The position numbers and the translations under genes were made by a program. The notes beneath the pieces were generated by a model. It worked only from the letters and a program-made list of their open reading frames with translations, was not told where the DNA came from and made no database searches. Below are positions 8,701 through 15,333 of a DNA stretch of 64,000 nt, piece after piece. Position 1 is the stretch's first letter, and each line of letters starts with the position of its first letter. This DNA is from Haloplanus salinarum (GTDB lineage Archaea > Halobacteriota > Halobacteria > Halobacteriales > Haloferacaceae), in assembly GCF_024498175.1 (NCBI RefSeq), contig NZ_CP101823.1:2236987-2300986 (forward strand). Direction: 5' to 3'.

Positions 8701-9868
8701 GAAACCGTTTGTAACGGATAGTGGGGTTTCTCGCTACACTCCACCGGAAACCGATTCTTGTCTCATCTATCCGTATCTTGATGATGGTACGATAATGCCA
8801 GAGAATGAGCTTGAGAATAGGTATCCCGAATGTTTTGACTACCTCTTGGACAACAAGGAGGACCTCAGCGAACGTGGTAGCGAGAATCAGGTATTCGAGA
8901 CGTGGTACGCTCATTGGTGTCCAAGACATCCTGCAAAGTTTGAACGGCTGAAAATAATGATTTCTCAGGTCGTCAAACAAGGGGAATCGACTTATGATTC
9001 GCAGGGGGATGTCTTCTTTTCCAGTACAGTCTATAGTCCAATCCTTGCGGAGACGTATAGGGATGTTGAGCTTGGATTATTAGGATTATTGAACTCTTCG
9101 CTCGTCTGGTACTATATCACTCAAACAGGAACTGTGCTACGAGGAGGTTACTACCGATACAAAACAGAATACTTAGAACCGGTTGGTATACCAGTTGACA
9201 GTTTTGACAGTAGTATCGAACAACATGTAGAGAATCTAATGGAATATACTGGTGAGCGTGTGAGAATAAACATGAATCTCACTGATTATCTTGGCAACTA
9301 CTCTGACGGACCGGACCTCACAACCGTTGGAAGATATAATCCGCCAGAGGGTGTGGGAGATTCGACGTTAGACGCTACTAACGAGGACTACGAAAATCTT
9401 CGTATCGGTGAAGTCGTCTGCGAAAGGAAGAATGAGACTACCGTCGTCATCCACGCTACGGCGCGCTACAAGCCCGACGACGAGGCCACCCACGAGACCG
9501 ACCAGTGGGGCTACACAGAGACCGAGCCGATGCCAGCAATACGACTGACTGACCTCTCAGAGACCGAGGCCGACCTCGTGGAGGCGTTCGTGCCGGTCGC
9601 CGTCGAGGAGGCCGGTGGGTTCGCAGGATTCCGTGAGACGGCGACGAAGACGAACTCGCTGGTCGACCGACTGGAGGCCATCACGCTCCCCGACCCCGAC
9701 GGCGTGGCCGACGACCTCGAACGGTACCGGGACGCCGTCGAGCGAGCGGAGGAACTCGACAAGAAAATTCAGCGTACCGATGACCTGATTGATGAAATCG
9801 TCTACGACCTCTACGGGCTGACTGACGAGGAAATCGAAATCGTCGAGGAAGCCATCGCGGATGACTGA
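5702..9868 (+). CDS. Type IIL (MmeI-family) restriction-modification enzyme: N-terminal PD-ExK nuclease, gamma-class N6-adenine methyltransferase, C-terminal specificity region
   Basis: FVDELLFE...GIVEAKQ (D..ExK as in MmeI), QWGVLTNGRKWRLY, PYNGGLFDHEEH, GAYYTPDYVV, DPAMGSGHFL (SAM motif I), VVGNPPYV (motif IV); start reset to ATG 5702 (MSQATLSDRPYVNANLF); TATA-like catataag ~15 nt upstream. Confidence 0.8.
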   Translation: MSQATLSDRPYVNANLFSGHYLDERVQERDEWDCDDDAREAMDDLRTLYELEGSLVEGYGEDALIDNWIDEVLDVLGFGTQEEVTLPNGGGFVDELLFETPTARRDAAEVYLGTEDTTDLFERGVGIVEAKQWDAAFNIQFSEQRPYRNASHQTKHYLENTPPNIQWGVLTNGRKWRLYGTNDYETQTYYEVDLPELLERGDLGAFKYFYVFFRPDAFHESGGTTFLDEVWSESETASQELGENLQDNVFTALRVLGRGFVETNDDLDIDPDDEEALDELKEQSLVFLYRLMFVLYAEARGLIHPEGQSAQDEYDQNFSLDELRLDIHDTIGEVDEGFEDEFSDYSTTMWSRLEDLFRLIDQGEEDLGIPPYNGGLFDHEEHDFLTDHEVSNQYLAEVIYRLSTTQNDEGRYVLADYADLDTRHLGSVYEGLLEHQFRIAPEQYAAVAEDGGQVWKPATEVSVADAVETVPEGGLYVVNDEGERKATGAYYTPDYVVTYIVEETVGPLVEEIREDLIDQGFEPGTQEYIGPFFRRVTDLRILDPAMGSGHFLTKATGYLSEQVMAEVREAEEEFGVAFDEQHIRREIAKECIYGVDLNGMAVELAKLSMWLETLAADRPLAFLDHHFKQGNSLVGSDIEDIEELESDASNDADSQASLAEFGATREGTIERLMDIYSEFLAIENETVEDVREMKRKYAEIEQDELRKRLVTMANVHTAERFGLDVPGGAYERMAKALEDDEEWAGVKNTDWFESAQATAGEQDFFHWKLAFPEAYYDEEGSLRNDDGFDAVVGNPPYVKIQNLPDTDKEYYGNVYNVARERYDLYNLFVERAEALSNNRVGLILPNKFFEARAGSPLRQHLEDIQSVEKIADFKQNQVFDGATTYTCLLFLSQSHQSTIIDYGAVSDDPETNLTEVEWVEIDLDNEGEKWNLTGEEEKKILNKIESTGIGFDEITDQILVGVQTSANDVFVLEECEYDGDYVEGYSSAVGERVSVETSITKPFVTDSGVSRYTPPETDSCLIYPYLDDGTIMPENELENRYPECFDYLLDNKEDLSERGSENQVFETWYAHWCPRHPAKFERLKIMISQVVKQGESTYDSQGDVFFSSTVYSPILAETYRDVELGLLGLLNSSLVWYYITQTGTVLRGGYYRYKTEYLEPVGIPVDSFDSSIEQHVENLMEYTGERVRINMNLTDYLGNYSDGPDLTTVGRYNPPEGVGDSTLDATNEDYENLRIGEVVCERKNETTVVIHATARYKPDDEATHETDQWGYTETEPMPAIRLTDLSETEADLVEAFVPVAVEEAGGFAGFRETATKTNSLVDRLEAITLPDPDGVADDLERYRDAVERAEELDKKIQRTDDLIDEIVYDLYGLTDEEIEIVEEAIADD

Positions 9869-10571
9869 GAGCCGACTCGACGAGTTCAACCCTGTCGCCG
9901 AGCGCGTTCGCCAACAGCTTCGCACGTTCCCGCTCAAGTTCAGGGAGTTGGGCGAGGGCGGAAAGCTCAGTCTCATTCTCACCGACGACGAGACCACGGC
10001 CCTCCCTGGACCCTACGTCGGCCAGCAACCGGAGGTATTCACCGAACAGTATCTGATTGAGCCGGTTCTGCACGGCTTGGGGTACACCAATCCTGCATCG
10101 ACCGAGTACGACGGGACCGGTCCGCATTTCGTTCGCAGACCGACGACGTTCCGACACGTCGAAAGCAAACGTCCGGATTATTTGCTGAAACAGGTCGACC
10201 CCACGCTGGTCTGTATCCTCGAAGCCAAGGCCGCGAACAAGGAGCAGAAGACGAGGCGAGCGGCGACCAGCGACATCCGCGAGTATATCGAAGTGAACGC
10301 CTTCTGCAAGTACCTTCGAGAGATGGCGCACGAGCAGATGGTAGCCATCGGCACAGATGGACTCCGGTGGACCCTGTGGCGGTCACACCTACACGAGGAC
10401 ACGCAGGGGCAAGTCTGTCGGGTCGACCTTACGGAGGTGCTTCGAGCCATATCGAGACGGCACGACGTAATCGAGGGACAGACGGACTGGAGTGCAAACG
10501 ATGTACGGAATCGAATCGAGGAGTTCGTCGACCACTTCGCGGCGGCTCGGCTTCCGGGTGTGATTGAGTAG
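9861..10571 (+). CDS. HSDR_N-like (type I R-subunit N-terminal) PD-(D/E)xK domain protein
   Basis: RPDYLLKQVDPTLVCILEAKAANKE matches the pDyvL...viEaK core; ATGA... start overlaps the stop of the RM gene (translational coupling). Confidence 0.5.
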   Translation: MTESRLDEFNPVAERVRQQLRTFPLKFRELGEGGKLSLILTDDETTALPGPYVGQQPEVFTEQYLIEPVLHGLGYTNPASTEYDGTGPHFVRRPTTFRHVESKRPDYLLKQVDPTLVCILEAKAANKEQKTRRAATSDIREYIEVNAFCKYLREMAHEQMVAIGTDGLRWTLWRSHLHEDTQGQVCRVDLTEVLRAISRRHDVIEGQTDWSANDVRNRIEEFVDHFAAARLPGVIE

Positions 10572-10630
10572 CGGCTGAACCGACCGCGCCGAGGATGGGC
10601 TGGCTACGGTGACAGCCTACGCTGTGAACC

Positions 10631-10695
10631 GTGTGTATGTACGTACGTGTGTTGGCGGTACGGAGTCGAGTATTTTGTTGTTTCTGAGAGGACTC
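10631..10695 (+). repeat. copy 1 of a ~60-nt intergenic element (gtgtgtatgtacg...ttggcggtacggagtcgagtattttgttgtttctgagaggactc)
   Basis: about 37/44 identity to copy at 13463-13519 in the same orientation; both ~100-140 nt upstream of + strand start codons. Confidence 0.5.
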
Positions 10696-10831
10696 TGCTA
10701 TCAACCCCGTCTGCTCGTTGTCCGGTGGTTGTCCGAATTGAAGAGTGGTACACGAGCAATAATCCTCTGGCCCCGTTAGCTTAGACTTGAGACTAAGTAC
10801 AGGATAAGTTTTAACACCCTGTGGATAGATA

Positions 10832-11299
10832 GTGGTAGATATGGCGCGAAGCATCAAGCTGGCCGACGAACTGTACCAAGAGCTCGGTCGCTACGGTAAC
10901 CGAGATGAATCGTGGAATGACGTGGTCGCTCGTGTGCTCGCTCACGTCAACGAGGAGGCGGCGCTTGAGGACCGAGACACCCGTGAAACGACGCATAGGG
11001 GAAAGTCGGAGAGTTCCGGAAAATCGGGCCTTGAGAAGTTACCGGATGGGACGGTCGTTCGCCATTCGTATTCCCGTGGCGATTACGGTGGACAGTCAGT
11101 CGAGGCGACCGTTGTGGGTGACCAACTTTCGGTCGAGGGGGATACCCAGGAAACACGAAGTCCAACTGGTGCCGCCAGGGTGGCTGATAAAAAGTTGCGT
11201 GGCGACGACGCACGGGGCGAAGGCTACAACGGCTGGACCTGGTGGACGTATCAGAACGAAAGAGGCGAATGGCGGCCAATTCAGGAGCTTTCGGAGTGA
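10832..11299 (+). CDS. RHH (ribbon-helix-helix) domain fused to a conserved Trp-rich C-terminal domain
   Basis: N-terminus RSIKLADELYQELGRYGN...WNDVVARVL fits the RHH beta-strand/helix pattern; C-terminus GWTWWTYQNERGEWRPIQEL paralogous to the next gene. Confidence 0.5.
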   Translation: MVDMARSIKLADELYQELGRYGNRDESWNDVVARVLAHVNEEAALEDRDTRETTHRGKSESSGKSGLEKLPDGTVVRHSYSRGDYGGQSVEATVVGDQLSVEGDTQETRSPTGAARVADKKLRGDDARGEGYNGWTWWTYQNERGEWRPIQELSE

Positions 11300-11304
11300 T
11301 ACCG

Positions 11305-11643
11305 ATGAAAGAAAAAATGCCGCCACATCTCAATTCGAAGCTCGCACAGTTAGACAACGGTACGACTCTCCGTCACGTTTACAGGCGTGGGGAGTACCGA
11401 GACGAGGAGGTGACCGCCCACGTCAAAGATGAGCGGATTAGCGTACCGGGTGATTCTGGCCCTGACGATTCAGAATTAACGACGCGAACCCCATCCGGTG
11501 CCGCCCGCGAGGCTGACCGATTCCACAGGGGAGCCGACCCTCGGGACGACCCCTACGGCTACAGCGGTTGGGACTGGTGGGAATACAAAAACGAAGACGA
11601 CGAATGGGTACCTATCAGAGAACTTCCCGACTGGAAGTCGTAG
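11305..11643 (+). CDS. paralog of the C-terminal Trp-rich domain of the preceding gene (no RHH)
   Basis: YRRGEY...SPTGAAREAD...GWDWWEYKNEDDEWVPIREL aligns with the upstream protein; start taken at MKEKMPP (internal ATG of ORF 11242..11643). Confidence 0.5.
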   Translation: MKEKMPPHLNSKLAQLDNGTTLRHVYRRGEYRDEEVTAHVKDERISVPGDSGPDDSELTTRTPSGAAREADRFHRGADPRDDPYGYSGWDWWEYKNEDDEWVPIRELPDWKS

Positions 11644-11878
11644 TGCGAAGTGAACGGCTGTAACTGCTTTCCCGTCATGGCTCGATAGAAGTCTCGAATC
11701 GACAGTAATCACCAACTCCGACGTATTAGATTCCTATACGTGATGGTTGGCGATTCTACTTTGGAAGACGCGTTATTGGGTACTACAATAACGGCTGTTC
11801 GAAAATAGACGTAGTCTATCAATTGGACAGCTACTACGTGGGGGAAACGACTAATCCGTATGCTTCCGGAGTACTGAT

Positions 11879-12592
11879 ATGACCAGACGCCAGGACCTCG
11901 ACCGATTCTACTCTCTGCTCGACGACCTGGAGGCGACAGTCGGTGGCAAGAGACGGCTTGGAAACTGTGACGGTCGAATGAACTGGCCCGACCGCGGCAT
12001 TTACTTCTTCTTTCACCCAGACGAAACCCGCGAGTCCAGTGACCAGCTACGAGTAACTCGTATCGGTACCCATGCGGTCTCGGAAGGAAGCAGTACGTCG
12101 CTCTGGGACCGGCTACGAACGCATCGAGGGGCACAACGCGGTACCTACGAAGGCGGCGGCAACCACCGCGGCTCCGTCTTCAGGAAGCGCGTCGGGGAGG
12201 CCCTCATCGAGAAGGATAGCCTCGAAGAGCAGTATCCTGAGTGGGGCGTCGGCTCAAGTGCTGGACGGGAGTTGCGGTTAGATGAACTGGAGATGGAGCG
12301 ACGGGTGAGCGAGTACGTCCGCGATTTACCGTATCTCTGGGTCGACATCGACGACGAACCGAGTCCGAACAGCGACCGCGCCTACATCGAGCGAAACGCG
12401 ATTGCGCTGGTGAGCAACTACGGCAAGGAATCTATCGACTCCCGCCGCGAGGAATGGCTCGGGCACTACAGTCCGGTCACGGACATCGAGCAGTCCGGTC
12501 TGTGGAACATCAACCATGTCGGGGAAGATTACCAACCCGACTTCTTGGAGACCTTGGAGGGCTACACCGACCGGATGCCGGGATTTGATTAA
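11879..12592 (+). CDS. hypothetical protein, possible GIY-YIG-like nuclease fold
   Basis: GIYFFFHPDE...LRVTRIGTH...R...H...E spacing resembles GIY-(10-15)-YIG-R-H-E; weak assignment. Confidence 0.4.
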   Translation: MTRRQDLDRFYSLLDDLEATVGGKRRLGNCDGRMNWPDRGIYFFFHPDETRESSDQLRVTRIGTHAVSEGSSTSLWDRLRTHRGAQRGTYEGGGNHRGSVFRKRVGEALIEKDSLEEQYPEWGVGSSAGRELRLDELEMERRVSEYVRDLPYLWVDIDDEPSPNSDRAYIERNAIALVSNYGKESIDSRREEWLGHYSPVTDIEQSGLWNINHVGEDYQPDFLETLEGYTDRMPGFD

Positions 12593-13014
12593 ATCCGTTC
12601 GTTGTACCACGCCAGCGTCTTCCCATACTGAAGCCCGTCGGTCGGCGTCTCGACCTGTACCGGCGTCTCTTCGAGGAGCGGGAGTAGCTCATCGTAATAG
12701 TCGCGGCCAGCGTGGAAGACCAGCGTGTTACCCGAGGTGAGTAGCCCTTCCTCTCGTAGCTGGTCGTAGACCGTTTGGGTCCACTCGCGTTTCCTGTCGA
12801 CGGACGCCCCGCTCAGCGTCTCGTCGTAAGGTTCGATAGGTGGGCCATCTGGGTCGAGCAGGTGGTGCTTTGCGGAGAGGATGTACCACGCATCGTGATT
12901 CGCCTCGACGTACTCGCGGGCCTTCCTGAAGAACGCGGACTCCATGTAGAGGTCGGCGGGCTTCGCGGCCTGCTCACGCTTGCTCTTGGTACAGCTTACA
13001 AGCCCAATCTCCAT
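12589..13014 (-). CDS. conserved hypothetical protein (MEIGLVSCTKSKR...DAWYILSAKHHLL family)
   Basis: ORF track; convergent and 4-nt overlapping with the previous gene. Confidence 0.5.
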   Translation of the reverse strand: MEIGLVSCTKSKREQAAKPADLYMESAFFRKAREYVEANHDAWYILSAKHHLLDPDGPPIEPYDETLSGASVDRKREWTQTVYDQLREEGLLTSGNTLVFHAGRDYYDELLPLLEETPVQVETPTDGLQYGKTLAWYNERI

Positions 13015-13027
13015 GACAAATGGACTC

Positions 13028-13408
13028 CTAGTCTTCCTCCGGTTCTGCGTGGGCTCTTGCCGCCTGACTCGGAGACAGTTTTGCTACAGCAACGTCCCCT
13101 TCTTTTTCAATGATATTTCCACCCACTTTTTCAGCCTCGTCGACATCAATAAAGTAGATGTCGCCCTCACCTTCATGCTTAACCGTTATTTCTGTTGAGG
13201 GGTCTTCTTCTTTTACTACTGAATATGCTGTAAGCGCAAGACCCGCAGTCCCAACGACTGCACTATAGATTGCTATCGCAGTTCCTACACCAAGCTCTTC
13301 GCCGCTACGTTCCTCCAGGTCAATATGCAGCTCATCCTCTACCCGGTCAATAATATACTCTTGCTCCTCTTCCACTTTCAATTCAATCTCATAATCTCTA
13401 TTTTCCAT
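13028..13408 (-). CDS. small acidic protein with one hydrophobic helix; low GC
   Basis: ORF track; AIAIYSAVVGTAGLALTAYSVV hydrophobic segment. Confidence 0.4.
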   Translation of the reverse strand: MENRDYEIELKVEEEQEYIIDRVEDELHIDLEERSGEELGVGTAIAIYSAVVGTAGLALTAYSVVKEEDPSTEITVKHEGEGDIYFIDVDEAEKVGGNIIEKEGDVAVAKLSPSQAARAHAEPEED

Positions 13409-13462
13409 AGTGACATGTTTAACAAGACTATTTTAAAAAGAACCGGGGCGGCTCCTGAGTGT

Positions 13463-13519
13463 GTATCTACGGGTCTTGGCGGTACGAAGTTGAGTATTCT
13501 ATTGCTTCTGGGAGGACTT
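13463..13519 (+). repeat. copy 2 of the ~60-nt intergenic element
   Basis: gtgtgtatctacgggtcttggcggtacgaagttgagtattctattgcttctgggaggactt; see copy 1. Confidence 0.5.
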
Positions 13520-13608
13520 CGTTCTCAGCAACTGAGTACGAGTCGGAAAATTGTTGCACCGGAATCCTATAGTCCAACAGTCACCAATAGATATCCAGGC
13601 TATCACAC

Positions 13609-14388
13609 ATGACAACCTCTAACCAGGCTATAGAAGAAGAGCTTGACAGGTTAGAAGAGGATGCCGAGGAAATTGAAACTCTTTATACCGATTTTTTCAA
13701 TAATATCCAAACAAGGGCAAGTGAAATAGGCGGTGGTGGATACTATTGGAATACCCCTTCGGAAGAATTGGAGCAGATTCAGCGTGAGGCACTGCAAAAA
13801 TACGAAGTGTGGTACAATACTGCGCTTCCGCTTGTTACAGATTACATTCCGAGCCGAAGGGATGATTTCGAACACCACTATCAAGAGTTCAAAAACCGCC
13901 TACGGTTAGATAAAAAGGCCCGAAGAGATACGCGCAAGGTTCTGAACGCTCAAAACAGTGATTTTGATTCCCAACGAAGTCTACTCCGTTCTATACCCTC
14001 GAAAATTCGTGTAGAGGAACTCAGAGTTCGAAAGCAAATCTCTCGTGATGTTTCGCAGACAGAACATGACAAGGCAAGAGACCTTTATGAGGAGGGTGAG
14101 ATTCGGGCCAGTGGGGTGATTGCCGGTGTTGCTCTGGAAAGATATCTCCTCATGCGTTGCGAAAACGCCGGAGTTGATATTGATTACAATTATGACGATG
14201 GTATTGATGCACTTGCGCAGAAATTATACGAAGGAAATGAAATCAACAAGAGTCCATACCAACATTTGAAACACCTTTCATCAATTCGTGCAGACTGTGC
14301 CCATGCAAATGAGGAAGACCCGGCTGAAAAGGATGTAAAGCGTCTATTGGAGGATACAGAGGACTACATCCGAGGGAGAAGGATATAA
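13609..14388 (+). CDS. hypothetical coiled-coil protein, low GC, Lys/Glu-rich
   Basis: ORF track; strongly AT-biased codon usage relative to the window. Confidence 0.45.
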   Translation: MTTSNQAIEEELDRLEEDAEEIETLYTDFFNNIQTRASEIGGGGYYWNTPSEELEQIQREALQKYEVWYNTALPLVTDYIPSRRDDFEHHYQEFKNRLRLDKKARRDTRKVLNAQNSDFDSQRSLLRSIPSKIRVEELRVRKQISRDVSQTEHDKARDLYEEGEIRASGVIAGVALERYLLMRCENAGVDIDYNYDDGIDALAQKLYEGNEINKSPYQHLKHLSSIRADCAHANEEDPAEKDVKRLLEDTEDYIRGRRI

Positions 14389-14418
14389 TTCACCGATAGC
14401 ATCAATCGAAACTCACTG

Positions 14419-14880
14419 ATGACCACCTACTGCTTCCGCGTGAAGTTCGAGTACGACCCGACAGAACTGTGGCGCGACATCGTAGTTGGCGCGGACCGCA
14501 CGCTCGACGAGTTCCAAACGGTGCTGAACCGTGCGGTCGGCCTCGACCAAGACCACCTCTGGTTCTTCGGCACTGACCAAGACTACTGGCAAAGCCCTGT
14601 GCAGTACAAACGGCCTGAGGAGTTGGCGCAAGCAGTCCCAACGATGGGCGACGAAGACGAGTACAGTGCCGCTGAGACGACAGTGGGCGAAATGATTCAG
14701 GAACTGAGGCTGCAAGAGCGTGACCGTATCTGCTACCTGTTCGACTACGGCGACGAGTGGCGGTTCTACGCCATCCTGAAGGAGGCCGACAACGATGGAC
14801 CCAGCGACAGCGAGCCGGAGGTAGTCAACGAGAAGGGCGACCCCGTCGACCAGTACTCTCCGCCGGGCGAACGACTGTGA
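14419..14880 (+). CDS. plasmid pRiA4b ORF-3-like family protein
   Basis: ICYLFDYGDEWRFYAILKE matches the YxYDFGDxWxH signature of this family. Confidence 0.6.
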   Translation: MTTYCFRVKFEYDPTELWRDIVVGADRTLDEFQTVLNRAVGLDQDHLWFFGTDQDYWQSPVQYKRPEELAQAVPTMGDEDEYSAAETTVGEMIQELRLQERDRICYLFDYGDEWRFYAILKEADNDGPSDSEPEVVNEKGDPVDQYSPPGERL

Positions 14881-15333
14881 CCGGTTTCTCGCCACGTCCC
14901 GGTAGGTGTCATGGTCACTACGTCCGAGGAGCGCTTGTGTATATTCTGTGTATGATTAAGTGTATTTCTCCGTCCAATCTACCATCACCGGAGGAAGGGC
15001 GGAAGCGCGTTTAGTGGTTGCGGAGCACCCCGCGAGTCCGACCCTCGACTCGCTCTGTCGTGTGACTGTCACCCACACATTTATGAATGATGGCTGACGA
15101 CTTCACCGTGGCCGCGGCCCACCTCCCCCCACTCACGACTGGCATCCCAGTTCGAACGCGACATCGTCGTCGTTCAGGGCCGCGGTTGCGTTTTTGACGT
15201 GTTCGACGTCCAGCCCCTTCCGGCGTTCGATTACGTCCGTCCCGGACGGCATCGACGGCGCCGTCGCTGTGTGGGTGAGTTCGATAAAAGAGACCGCGTC
15301 GGGTGACCGCTTTCGGCGGTCAGTCGTGATCAG

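Noticed and set aside
5702-9868. BREX PglX methyltransferase
   Set aside because: Shares motifs with PglX but has an MmeI-type N-terminal D..ExK nuclease motif and no brxC/pglZ/brxL genes within the window; a type IIL call fits better, though BREX components outside the window cannot be excluded
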